A stretch of DNA of 64,000 nt, from positions 14,570,001 through 14,634,000 of the forward strand of contig NC_042999.1 in assembly GCF_006345805.1 (NCBI RefSeq), given 5' to 3'. The notes beneath the pieces were generated by a model that saw only the letters and a program-made list of their open reading frames with translations, was not told where the DNA came from and did not search any database. Both the position numbers and the translations under genes were made by a program. The DNA is from Octopus sinensis (Eukaryota). Below, piece after piece: positions 26,353 to 38,910 of this stretch. The first letter of the stretch is position 1. Each line of letters opens with the position of its first letter.

Positions 26353-26578
26353 AGAGTATACAAAAAGGAAATACAGAAATGCTGCCAGGCTGTATCTGTT
26401 TTGCCTTTCCCTTGGACAACATCGTTGGCATGGTGAAGGGAGGCTGGTATGCATGGGTGATTACTGGTCTTCTATAAACAACCTTGCCCAGACTTGTGCT
26501 TCGGATGGGAACTTTCTAGGTGCAATCCCATGATCATTCATGACTGAAGGAGGTTCTTACTTCATATATATATATATA

Positions 26579-27868
26579 CGAGGGGCGTTCAATAAGTAAT
26601 GCCCCTGACCCACTTCCCATAGCAGTAGAGCAACGAAACTTGGCACAGGTATTAGTCTTTTTCAGCATAGGAAAAACCCAGAGTTACGCATTTCTCCCAT
26701 CGTTTGATACAGCTCTGGAGACCGTTTTCATAGAAGACCCCAGCTTGGTCCTCCAACCACAACGTGACTTCAGAAATCAAGGCTGCATCATCTGGGAAAT
26801 GCTTTCCTTTAAAAAACAACTTCATGGCTGGGAAGAGGTGAAAATCAGAGGGTGCAAGGTCAGGAGAGTAGGGGGATGGGGGAAGTGTTCATAGCCGCAC
26901 GCCTGTGCTTCTGATCGGGCGACACACGAGTTGTGGACCGGAGCGTTGTCCTGCAGGAGGATGCCTTTGCTGATCTTGTCCCGCCTCTTGGTTTTGATAG
27001 CTTCTCTTAATTTCCTCAAAAGTGAAGCATGATAGGCTCCTGTAATTGTGGTACCCTTTGCCAGGAAATCTGTCATCACTACTCCGTCCTGGTCCCAGAA
27101 GACTGTGAGCATGACCTTGCCAGCGCAGGGCTGCACCCTTGCCTTCTTTGGAGGAGGTGAGTCATGGTGCTTCCACTGCATTGACTGGGCTTTGGTCTCT
27201 GAATCATGGTGAAGGACCCAGGTCTCATTCTGTGTAATCAGTCTTTTGAAAAAATATTGACTCATCTTCTTGGCACATCCCTAAATTCATCCTCGAGCAC
27301 TCGACACGTTCTTGCTTCAGGAAAAGTGTGAGCAACCTGGGAATCCCTCTGGCAGACACCTTTTGCATATGCAAATGGTCATGAATGATAGTTGCCACAG
27401 ACCCGGTACTAATCTTGACCTCATGGGCTATTTGGCGAATAGTTATGCGTCAATCTTCCAAAATGGCAGCCTCAACTTGACGGACAGATGCCTCATCAAT
27501 GGCAGAAAGGGTGCGACCAGATCTGGGAGCTGTTTCCACAGAGTTCCGACCATGTTTGAATTCACGATGCCAGCGTTTTACAAGGTCATATGATGGGGCA
27601 TCATCACCATAAGTTATTTTCATTTCATCAAAAGTCTTCCGTGGTTTGCGTCATTTCAAATACAAAAACCGGATCACTTCTCGACACTCAACAGGCTCCA
27701 TTTCCCACTTGACTCATTTCAAACACATGTAAATCAGAAACCACTATTAGTTCGGAGCTGTAATTTGCCACTTAATCTATAGAGATATAAATAATTGCAC
27801 ATGCAAAATCTCAGCTAGATCAATCAACGGCAAGTGGGTCAGAGGCATTACTTATTGAACGCCCCTCG
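26579..27868 (-). mobile_element. Near-full-length mariner (DD34D-type) DNA transposon, inactive
   Basis: 1290 bp; ~40-bp TIRs CGAGGGGCGTTCAATAAGTAATGCCCCTGACCCACTT with 2 mismatches; TA on both sides. Transposase motifs WHREFKHGRNSVETAPRSGR, ITQNETW (catalytic D changed to N), KVMLTVFWD, LLQDNAP, then YSPDLAPSDFHLF after a frameshift. Confidence 0.95.
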
Positions 27869-27884
27869 TATATATGATGGACTC

Positions 27885-28180
27885 TCCCATTGTTAGATGA
27901 CGTATGAGGGTTCGGTGAATTCTTATTGAACAACCACACAGATGATTTGTTTATAGTGATCAAATGTTTGTGTACACACAAGCTCATTCCCTCCATCAAA
28001 TCGACATTACCTGTAGAGGGGCAACAGGTGCCACATGTCAGATGATGATGAAATGATCGCAGAGCAACATGATATGAAGTGATTTGCTCAAGAACACAAC
28101 ACAATGCCTGGTCTGGGAATTGAACCGATAATCTTGTATTCATGAGTGCAACACCCTAACCACTGAGCCATGCACCTTCA
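27885..28180 (-). mobile_element. Family D SINE variant
   Basis: Minus-strand head GGTGCATGGCTCAGTGGTTAGGG...GGTTCAATTCCCAGACC, then TGTGTTCTTGAGCAAATCACTT. Confidence 0.65.
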
Positions 28181-30422
28181 CACACACATATATATTGCTT
28201 TTTCTAAAGAATCTAATGCTCTTAACTTAGTTTTTCCTTGGGGCTGGCCAGATTGGAGCAATCTCAAGATTAATCAGCCAAAATTGCGAGGATGATCCAG
28301 TTCTTGACTGAAGATAAAAGGCTTCAAATGACCCATCCGTGTTTTTTTTTTGTATCGTCTATCTGGATGTTTTGTTGTCCCCTTTTGTATTACCTAGTTG
28401 TCCCAATGTTTTACATTCTTGTCCCATTTTGTATTTTATGTTATATATATATATATATCATATTCAAAAAGATGAGATGGTCACAAATGGAATATCTTTG
28501 ATTATAAGTTTGCATGATGAGAGCTGAACTGGAGCTAAACATCAAAGTGAGTCACCATAAGAAATAAAAATTTAGCTGGTGATAAAATGTTCGTTTTAGT
28601 CATTGAACTGTGGCCATGCAGGGGCACCTCCTTGAAGTGCTTTGCTGATCAATTCAACCCCAATACTTAGCGTGTTTGTGTATACAAATAATATAGAACT
28701 ATAGTTGCCTCCCTAATTTTTATGATTTAATTAATTATACATGTGATCAATGAAGAACAGAGAAGGCTAGGGATAACAAACATAAGAGGAAAATATATCT
28801 CTGCAAACAAGTAAAACATAAAAGTAATTAATCCATAACGAAGGCAGTGCTGCGTTGTAATGATTTTAAAGAGTCATGTAAACATTTGTACAATTTAAGC
28901 ATTGGTCTGGGAAGAGATAATGATTTTAACTTCTTACATAAATAGAATTCATAGAAAAGTCTACTTAATTATCTCGTTAAACAGGCAACTGATTGTTCTT
29001 TCAAAACACATGTATGCATGCTTAATATCTTATGTGTTGTAACCTACACGTAGACATACATGAATCTATCTCTGAGCAATTGAGTTGAGTAATAAGTAGA
29101 TGTTTGTCTGCATGGGTGCGTGCGTGTGTGTGTGTGTGTGTTGAAGGGGTATCTTATCAAAAAAACACTGCCAATTTGTATACATGCGCAGACATGTATG
29201 ATTAAGTGTCTTGTAAAGAAACCAAAATCAAAATCAAAAACACTACACTTTGCTTGGTTATATATGTATGTTTGTGTGTGTATATGCAATGCTAATAATA
29301 ATCATTTATTATAGTGGAGGAAACAAAGCTACAAACTGTTTAGGATTAGAATATAGTGGAATACATTGACTCCAATACATTACATGTTATCTTACGGACC
29401 CTGAAGGGATGTCTGACCCAATGAACCCCAGTAAGATTTGAACTCCAAATGTAAAAGAAGACAAGTAAATAGTGGTTTGTGATTTAGATCCAAGGCCAAC
29501 AAATTTGAAAGGAGGGGCTAAGTCAATACTATCAACCTCAGTATTTGATTGGTGCTTTATTTCATGAACCCCAAAAGGATGAATGGTAATGTTAACCTTG
29601 AAAGGATTTGAACTCAAAACATAAAGAACCAAAATAAATGTTGCAAAGGATTTTTTCTGATGCTCTAATGATTTTTGCTACAAAATTCAACTCTTTCGGT
29701 ACTAAATCACCTGAAACTACCCCTGGTTCTATGGCACATAATTCTTGTTTTAAAGTTGTTTATATTAAAACCCTCCATCAAAATTTTATGCTAATTTATG
29801 TTCCAAACACCAGCTTAATAATGACGAAGTTATTCTAATAAATTCTTTATCATTTTTAAAATTAATTGAAAGAAAGATAATCTATTTTCACAGAATTATG
29901 GTAATAAAAGGCTTAATGTGACAGTACCATGTTTTTATATTCAACACATAAAATGAGGAGTTCTAACACATTGCTAAAAAGACACCCATTCCTGAAGAGG
30001 AAAAAAATCCATTAGTCAGAACTTTACTATGGCTTATTTTATTAAATATGGAAAAAAAGAACATGAAATTAAAGTTGACTGTTGAAATTTGAACTCAGAA
30101 CCTTAAGAGATGTAACTAAATACCACAAGAAGAGTTCTACTGATTCCGTTATTCATAATTTAATATAATAATGTGATAAAATAATCCTTTCTACTATAGG
30201 CACAAGGCCTGAAATTTTGGTGGAGAGGGCCAGTCGATCAGATCAACCCCAGTACACAACTGGTACTTGAGTTATCGACCCTGCAAGGATGAAAGGTAGT
30301 CAACCTCAGTGGAATTTGAACTGAGAACGTAAAGAGAAATGAATTACCACTAAGCATCTCACCTGGTATGCTAACATTTCTGTCAGCTCACTGCCTTTTA
30401 ATGTGATAAAATAATAAGTCTG

Positions 30423-31678
30423 CTTTAGTATGGTTTCTACAGCTTGATGCGAACAGCCATGCTACATGGCAGCAAAACATGGGCCGTGACTGCTGAGGAC
30501 ATGCGTAAGCTCGTGAGGAATGAAGCCAGTATGCTCCGATGGATGTGTAATGTCAGTGTACATACTCGACAGAGCGTTAGCACCTTGAGAGAAATGTTGT
30601 ACCTAAGAAGCATCAGTTGTGGTGTGCAAGAGAGACGATTGCGCTGGTATGGTCATGTGGCGAGAATGGATGAAGACAGGTGTGTGAGAAAGTGCCAATC
30701 CCTAGCAGTTGAGGGAACCCGTGGAAGAGGTAGACCCAGGAAAACCTGGGACGAGGTGGTGAAGCACGACCTTCGAACTTTAGGCCTCACTGAGGAAATG
30801 ACCAGCGACCGAGACCTTTGGAAATATTCTGTATGTGAGAAGACCAGGCAGGACAAGTGAGCCCAGCCCACTTATGAATGCCTTTCCTCCCTTGGACACA
30901 AAGACCTGTTGAGGCAAGCGAAGTCGATATAGAACCTCATCCGACGACAGACACCCATGCCAACCCCCCATGCTTGCGAAGACATGTTGGGGCAAGCGAA
31001 ATCGAAATCGAAACCGAATTGAACCAGCCAGGATCCCTGGCCTGGTGGTACGTAAAAAGCACTATCCGACTCGTGGCCGTGACACGTAAAATACTCCAAT
31101 GCGACCGTACGACAGGCACCCATGCCAACCCCCTTTGCTTGTGAAGACATGTTGGGGCAAGCGAAATCGAAATCAAATTGAACCAGCCAGGATCCCTGGT
31201 CTGGTGGTACGTAAAAAGCACTATCCAACTCGTGGCCGTGGCACGTAAAATACTCCAATGCGACCGTACGACAGGCACCCATGCCAACCCCCTTTGCTTG
31301 TGAAGACATGTTGGGGCAAGCGAAATCGAAATCGAATTGAACCAGCCAGGATCCCTGGTCTGGTGGTACGTAAAAAGCACTATCCGACTCGTGGCCGATG
31401 CCAGCACCGCCTCGACTGGCTTCCGTTGCGGTGGCACATAAAATACACCAATCTGACCGTGGCCGTTGCCAGCCTCGCCTGGCACCTGTGCAGGTGGCAC
31501 GTAAAAAGCACCCACTACACTCACGGAGTGGTTGGCGTTAGGAAGGGCATCCAGCTGTAGAAACATTGCCAGATTAGACTGGAGCCTGGTGCAGCCTTCT
31601 GGCTTCCCAGAACCCCGGTCGAACCGTCCAACCTATGCTAGCATGGAGAACGGACGTTAAATGATGATGATGATGATG
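30423..31678 (+). mobile_element. 5'-truncated RTE LINE: ORF C-terminus (30444-30860), repetitive 3' UTR and (TGA)n tail
   Basis: AMLHGSKTWAV...RRLRWYGHVARMDEDR...GRGRPRKTW...DRDLW; CpG-rich 3' UTR with 165/159-bp repeats; ends GGACGTTAAATGATGATGATGATG. Confidence 0.9.
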
Positions 31679-31974
31679 CCTTTCCTATCACCAACCACTT
31701 TGTAGAGTGTACTGAGTACTTTGCATGGCACTGGTGCCCTCACTAGTGCTGGTGCTATGAAAACAATACTCTGTATATATGGTATAGTGATTAGCATTAG
31801 GAGGGACATCCAGACGTAGAACCCATGCAGAAGCAGGCATTGAAGCATGATACAGTCTTTGGAACATTTGCCATGAAGGATGGACATTAACTGGTGATGA
31901 ATAATTATAATAATAATGATAATTTCTAACAGAAGCACAAGATTACCTTAATAACAACAACAACAACAACAACA

Positions 31975-32159
31975 ATCCTTTCTATTATAGGCACAAGACT
32001 CAAAATTTGGGAGTGGGGCACAAGTCAATCACATTGACCCCAGTGTGTAACTGGTACTTATTTAATCGACCCCGCAAAAGGATGAAAGGCAAAGTCAACC
32101 TTGGCAGAATTCAAACTCAGAATGTAGCAACAATAATAATAATAATAATAATAATAATA

Positions 32160-32192
<33 letters not shown>

Positions 32193-32410
32193 TATTATAA
32201 CATAGAGACAAGGGCCTGAAATTTGGAGAAAGGGGTTAGTAAATATCATTGACCTCAGTATTTTACTGGTATTTTATTTTGTCAATCCCAAAAAAAGGAT
32301 GAAAAAGCAAAGTTGGCTTTGGTGGGATTTGAACTCTGAATGTAAAGGACCAGAAAAATGATACTGCAAGGCATTTTGTACAATTCTTAACAACTATGCC
32401 ATTTCAATAA
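31975..32410 (-). mobile_element. Two family B-related SINE copies separated by (AAT)n/(ATT)n
   Basis: AATCCTTTCTATTATAGGCACAAG...GATGAAAGGCAAAGTCAACCTTGGCAGAATTCAAACTCAGAA. Confidence 0.7.
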
Positions 32411-33719
32411 TAAATGAAACATGGAGATATGCTGAATATTCAAACAATAAATTGCTTACTATGTTTAGTTAAGTATGGCAAGTTTACAGAAATGAAAGTA
32501 TCGAAAACTAATTTTACGTGTAATGTTTTGTTTTATCCATCTATATTCTGGGTTAAAATTTCTGCTGGTTTTGATTTTACCTTTAATCTTTCCAAGATCA
32601 ATAAACAGTACTAGTAATATGTTAGATTAAACCACTAATACTCCTCTCCTGGGAAATTTGCTCTTCTATTTAGTTATGTATTATTGGAGTATTTGAAATA
32701 TTAAGCTTCGAAACCTCGTTATTTCGTGTGTTTAGCAAAGATGATCTTCAGACAGCATGATTGTGGTGATGAGTATTAATGGGTCTGTATAAGGTGAAGC
32801 TTCATGAGTTAGATGAGATGTTAGTCTGGTGGGAACCTGCATGGAAAGGGAATTTAACAAGGCATCAAAGCTTTGCATTTAAGATTGTATATGATACTTT
32901 GTGAGAGATTTAATATGGAAAATAGAAATATTGATAGATATATTTCAATAAATAATATGTAATGGGGATATTAGATATTATTATGTTCACCATTTTGTGA
33001 AAGAAAAGACAAATAATGTCCTGATAGGTCTGCTTCTCTTTGTGTCTGAAACTGGAGTTTATATAATAAAGTTATATAACTTTAGGTTGGGTATTTTAGT
33101 AGTTTAATTCATTCATTATATATATATATATAGATACTGTAGTTATACACTATATGTACTATTACTGTATATTTATATTGGTGCTGGTATGGTTGTGTGG
33201 TTAAGAAGTCCCCCGCTCAACAAAGTGCTTTCAGGTTCAGTCCCGCTGTGTTACATATTGGGCGAGTGTTTCCTACTCCAACCTGGGGCTGACCAAAGCT
33301 GTGAATGGATTTCTTTGATGGAAACTGAAAAAACTGAAAAAAGCCTGTTGTGCATGGTGCCAGTAACAGCATCCATGCCAGTGGGATGCAAAAGCATCTG
33401 TGCCAATGACATGTAATGGCACCCATGCCAGTGACACATAAAAGGCATCCACTACGCTTTTGGAGTGGTTGGTGTTAGGAAGGGCATCCAGCCATAGAAA
33501 CCAAGCCAAAATCAGACTGGAACCTGGTGAAGCTCTCCAGCATATCAATTCCAGTCAAACTATCTAACCAGTGCCAGAATGGAAAGCAGACATTAAATGA
33601 TGGTAATGATGATGCATACATTATTTTAAGAATTATATATATATATATGAAAATAATAATGCAATACGAAAGTATTGCTTTCCAGTAAAAGATTGCCTGT
33701 AAGGGTAAAATTATACATT

Positions 33720-33801
33720 TAAAAGTAAATAAATGGTACAACAAGGCACCGATATTACTATTTTCCAGTAAATATCAGTGCCTTGTTGTACCATTTATCT
33801 A

Positions 33802-33807
<6 letters not shown>
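33720..33807. repeat. Near-perfect 88-nt hairpin (~40-bp arms, 7-nt loop)
   Basis: TAAAAGTAAATAAATGGTACAACAAGGCACCGATATTACT attttcc AGTAAATATCAGTGCCTTGTTGTACCATTTATCTACTTTTA. Confidence 0.9.
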
Positions 33808-33836
<29 letters not shown>

Positions 33837-35439
33837 TATTAAAGGATAAAATCATACATGTTTTTATCAGGTCAGTATGAAAATAAAATCCTTATAGGTA
33901 AATTTTCCAAATATTATATTAATAATTATATACATAATTATAACAGAACATAGGCACCAAATGGCGCTAAAACCACCTTAGAAACTCCAAAATCACAGGT
34001 TGTAGTCGAGCAAAAGAAAGATAATAAATTAATGTGTATAATTATTAATATATATATATATAATTATTGATATTAGGGAAGTTATTTCCGAGTCCACTGG
34101 GGAGAGAAATTCAATTTAGTGGTACTAAAATGAATTTCTCGCTGTATTATATACATATATGTAGATAGGTTTAAGAGACAGAACCACCTTCAAGCAACTC
34201 AATCAACTTTGAACGACATTATCTATGATAGAGATATATAAGATTAAATTTTATCAAAATTAATATCTACAATTACTATTCTAAATCATATATTAAATTA
34301 TATAGACTACGCGCATTTCATGACAATATATCTATCGGTATTGCTGAAATAGAAGGTCTCGAAATTCAATACCATATCAATCCGACTATACTGCCAATCT
34401 TCAGGTCTGGATTATATAAGACTATTTTACTATTTACATCCAATATAAAGACATAACAATCAAAGTTATACAACTAGAAATTGTCAAAATAATTTTTCAT
34501 TACTGAATAAGGAATAAAAAATAAGAAAAATAAGAAAAAGAAATATTAACTTATAATATATATACATATATATATATTTGTATGCATGTGTGTGTGTGTG
34601 TCTCCTTGTCTTGACATGGTGCAACAGTTGTAAAACCAGTGTCTCCATCATGCCAGCAACATCCTTCATTTCTAATCTTCTGTAAAAACCTGTCTAGTCA
34701 TGGGGAAATATTGGTCAAAGACTGGTGAGGGTTGGCAACAGAAAATTGTCTAGCCATAGAAAATTCTGCCTCAACAAATTCTGTCTGCCCATGCAAGCAG
34801 GGAAAATTGGATATCAAAGGATGATGATAATGATGACTATAACTGTAAATTATTATTGATCAAATTATTATTGATTCAAAAGTTATGTAGTATGAATTAC
34901 CAGGGTCCCTGAAAAGTAGGTGTAAGTAGTAGATCTTTGTGGTGGCTGGGTGTAGCCAAGATGTTATGGAGAAACCATTAGAAATGGCTATCAGTATGTG
35001 AAAGGAAGGCTTCAGCGACTGGAGGCCAGGTTTATCAAATAGATAAATGACTTCCTTTTGAATGGTGATTGAAAGAAATAGTTTATTCCAAATATTAATG
35101 CAGCCCATCCTAGTGGATCAACACCAGCTAATATTGCACAGAAATATATCTTAACTTCATAGAAAAAGTCAAATCACTTTGGTGTGACTTTGGCTAATAA
35201 GCATGTTTCAGAAAAGATCGCTTGAAATTTGCAGTGGATATAGCTTCTCTAATAGGGAAAAGGGCCTTTTGGTTTTGAAGTTTTCATGATCAGCTGGTTA
35301 GGATTTAGTTCTTTCAAATAAGAATTGTTTGTAATTGAGGTGCCATTATATATTGCTGTTGTGATGAATAACCATGTTATGATTTTTCACTCATGTTGTA
35401 AATTCTAGGGTTTATATTAAATTGAGAGATGTAAGTAGG

Positions 35440-36430
35440 TAGAGGCATAGGTGTCCTTAAGAAGCTTGGTTTCCAATTATGTGGTTTTGGTTTCAGTCCC
35501 ACTGCTTGGTACTTTGGGAAAGTGCTTTCAGGCAACTAAAGCCTTGTGAATGGATTTGGTTGACAGAAACTGAAAGAAACTGAAAAGGCAGTGAGCTGGC
35601 AGAAACATTAGCACACCGGATGAAATGCTTAGCATATTTCATCTGCCGAGGTCGACTTTGCCTTTCATCTTTTCGGGGTCGATAAATTAAGTACCAGTTA
35701 TGCACTGGGGTCGATGTAATCGACTTAATCCCTTTGTTTGTCCCCTCTGTGTTTAGCCCCTTGTGGGCAATAAAGAAATAAGAAACTGAAAGGAACCCAT
35801 TGTGTGTGTATGTGTGTGTGTACTCTTGTCTAGATATCATGTCATCATCATCTTCATCATCATCATTTAATGTCTGTTGTCCATGCTGACATGAACTGGC
35901 ACAATAGAAGGTTGCTCCAGTCTGATATGGCATGGTTTTCTATGACTGGATGCCCTTCCTAATGCCAACCACTCTGAGAGTATAACAGGTGCTTTTATGT
36001 GCCATCAGCACAGGGGCCATTTGTGTGACACTAGGATGTGTTTACGTGCCAATTTGTGTGACACTGGTATCTGCCATGACTGCAATTTTGCTTGGCTTGA
36101 TGGGGCTTCTTCTCAAGCATGATATAATGCCAAAGGTCTTGGTCATTGCTTCCGTGAGGCCCAACACTTGAAAGGAACTCAGCCACTTTGCCTTCATGAA
36201 GCATGTGATGGTTGTAAATGAGCATGATCATCATCATCATCATACAAGCAAGGTAGTTCATGTCCAGTCTTCTGTGAAAAACATGTCTAGCCATGAGAAA
36301 ATATTATCTTGCTTCGAAACAGGTGAGGTTGGGAGACAGGAAAAGCACCTGGCTGTAGAAAATCTACCTCAACAAATTCCACCTGACCCATGCGAGCATG
36401 GAAGTGTGGATGTTAAATGGTGATGATGAA
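35440..36430 (+). mobile_element. Nested SINE complex: family A head with E tail, interrupted by family B (+) and family C (-)
   Basis: A head 35440-35585; B 35586-35780 with TSD AGAAACTGAAA; C (-) about 35845-36200; E tail 36200-36430 ending in TGATGATGA. Confidence 0.7.
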
Positions 36431-36454
36431 TTCAGACAAGGTTTCATAGAGTTC

Positions 36455-36645
36455 TATATTTAAGAGATGAGGAATTATGTACATTATTTACATTTGACGG
36501 ATAATTGTCTTCATCTTGTTTGTTGTCAACACGTTTTGGCTGTTATACCCTCCAGCCTTCATCAGGTGTCTTGAGGAAATTTCGAACCTGGGTTCTCATT
36601 CCTAAGGTATTTTTCGATGTTATTATTATTATTATTATTATTATA

Positions 36646-36676
<31 letters not shown>

Positions 36677-36740
36677 TCACTGCCTGGAGTCAAACTCGGA
36701 ATCTTGGGGTTAGTAGCCCACGCTCTTAACTACTATGCCC
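36455..36740 (-). mobile_element. tRNA(Ser)-like SINE with (AAT)n spacer and a PLE/hammerhead-like 3' module
   Basis: Minus strand: GGCATAGTAGTTAAGAGCGTGGGCTACTAACCCC...GAGTTTGACTCC head; (AAT)n; GGTTCGAAAT; ACAC-CTGATGA-A-GGCTG...CAGCC-AAAAC-GTGTT. Confidence 0.6.
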
Positions 36741-38339
36741 ATGTAAATAAGGTTTTATAGGTCTAGTAAACTGATATTTTCCAGTTTCTTACAGTCTACA
36801 AGTTGTAGGGGTGCAATGTAGGGAAGTGAATGGACACCAGTAAACCACTGGTATCTATTTAACTGACCCTGACCTGATGAAAAGAAAAACAGAAACAACT
36901 TTGATTTTGATGATATCTGAACTCACAGAGAGACAAAGCTAAGCATTGTCAGGCATTTCCTCTGCAACTCTACAAAAGTAAACTAATAAATAAAATGAGA
37001 AATAATAAAACAAAAATATCACATCATGGGAACTGAAAGTTTAGGGGCTGTTTTGTTTGCATGAATATCCATTGTGCATTTTATTTATGGCAAATTTTCT
37101 TGTTTAATCATAGGAATGATAGCCTCTAACCTTTCTAGATAAGATTTTAGAAACTGGTGCCATTTATACCCCCATTGGTAGAAGTTCTTTCAACAAATTC
37201 CCCTTTCATCAAAATTAACAGTACCTTTAACAAGACACACTCTCCATTATATGTAATCTTTAATATTGCATTTTTGAATACCTGAACTTCTTCACTCACC
37301 TCTATAACTTCTTTAATCTAATGAAAGCATCAACATCAACTTTTCCATTAACATATTTTGTATCTTGGTTTGTTTATCAAGTTTTCCTATTGCTAGATAA
37401 TCTAATTTTATGGTAGTTCACTTTTTAACTAGAAACTTCACGAAGGCTCTCACACTTCTTAGAATTTTTACTAACGCAACAAGTTAAAAAATTTTTTAAT
37501 TTTACCAGCTGCATTTTATTTTAAAATATTCTGATATGACACTTTCAAGTTCAAAATTTTAGATAAAGAAATTTTATCAGTTCTTTTTCCTTTCATTTTT
37601 CCACAGACTTTGAAGTTTGCTGGGTCTGTGATTATCTCTAGTTTATTTGCAATTAAAAGGATAAGAGACAAATCTAGTTTAATCGCATAACTTTTCGCAT
37701 GGAAATAATTGAACTCCACTCAGCAAACCAATGGCTCATTTATTAATTTTACAGTTCAGTTACTGCTCAGAGCAACGAATAAACCATTGTGTCACACAAG
37801 TTAATGATGGTACTTCTGTGGGGAGGTGGGGCACAGGACAACTTGCTTGAAACAGCAGTTAAATCTCCTCCAAATCATATCCTAGTGATTGCCAAAAAAG
37901 AAAAACAAAGCAAGAAAGATAGATTCGATAATGTAATCCTAGCTACACAATGTCTGAAATAACATATGGGATGGTCATGGCTGGAATGCCCTTGATCATT
38001 GGTCTGTTCAATCTGAGTTGATCTGAAGTGAAACAACAAACACTACTTCGTCATATTTATTTAAATTGAGATGATATTTATCATTGAGAATTATATATCT
38101 CTCACCCAAAGACGTAAATGCAGTTCTGATGACATTTCTGTATGGACTGCTGACGTCTTAACTGTTCATTCAGCAGTTTTCACTTGTGACCTTTTTTCCT
38201 TCTTTTGTTTTATATATGATATTGCTTATTGTTTTTATATTTGGTATTTTTGTGAACAATAGTGATGTTGTATGTGTTGTGTAGACAGGAATTGCATTCC
38301 CAAGAGTTAATCATTATTTTCAATTAAAAGAACACCTAT

Positions 38340-38838
38340 TTTATATATATCATGTATATCATGTATATATATATATATCATGTATAGCATATATATATAT
38401 TATATATATATATATATATATCATATATACACATACGTGCATATATTCATACATACACAAATAGATATATATACACATATACATACATCCATATATATAT
38501 ATATATACATACACACACATACATACACATGTATACATAGATACATACACAAGCATACATTTATATATCCACACTTATATATATGTGTGTGTGTGTGTGT
38601 GTATATATATATACATATATATATATACATACATAGATACATATATGTACATACATATATATATACATACATATATAAATACATACATATAGCTACATAC
38701 ATATATACATACATATATATATATATACATACATATATATATATACATATATATATAAATACATATATAGATACACATATATATATATATATATATAAAT
38801 ACATATATAGATACATACATATATATATATATACATAG

Positions 38839-38878
<40 letters not shown>

Positions 38879-38910
38879 GTGCGTGTGTGTGTATATATAT
38901 ATATATATAT
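38340..38910. repeat. ~570-bp (AT)n/(ATAC)n low-complexity tract
   Basis: Direct observation. Confidence 0.95.

Noticed and set aside
30937-31566. 209-aa and 145-aa repeat-containing ORFs
   Set aside because: They are antisense readings of the RTE 3' UTR minisatellite.
34930-35240. Stop-interrupted frame RCYGETIRNGYQYVKGRLQRLEARF...
   Set aside because: It may be a decayed element, but I cannot assign a family.
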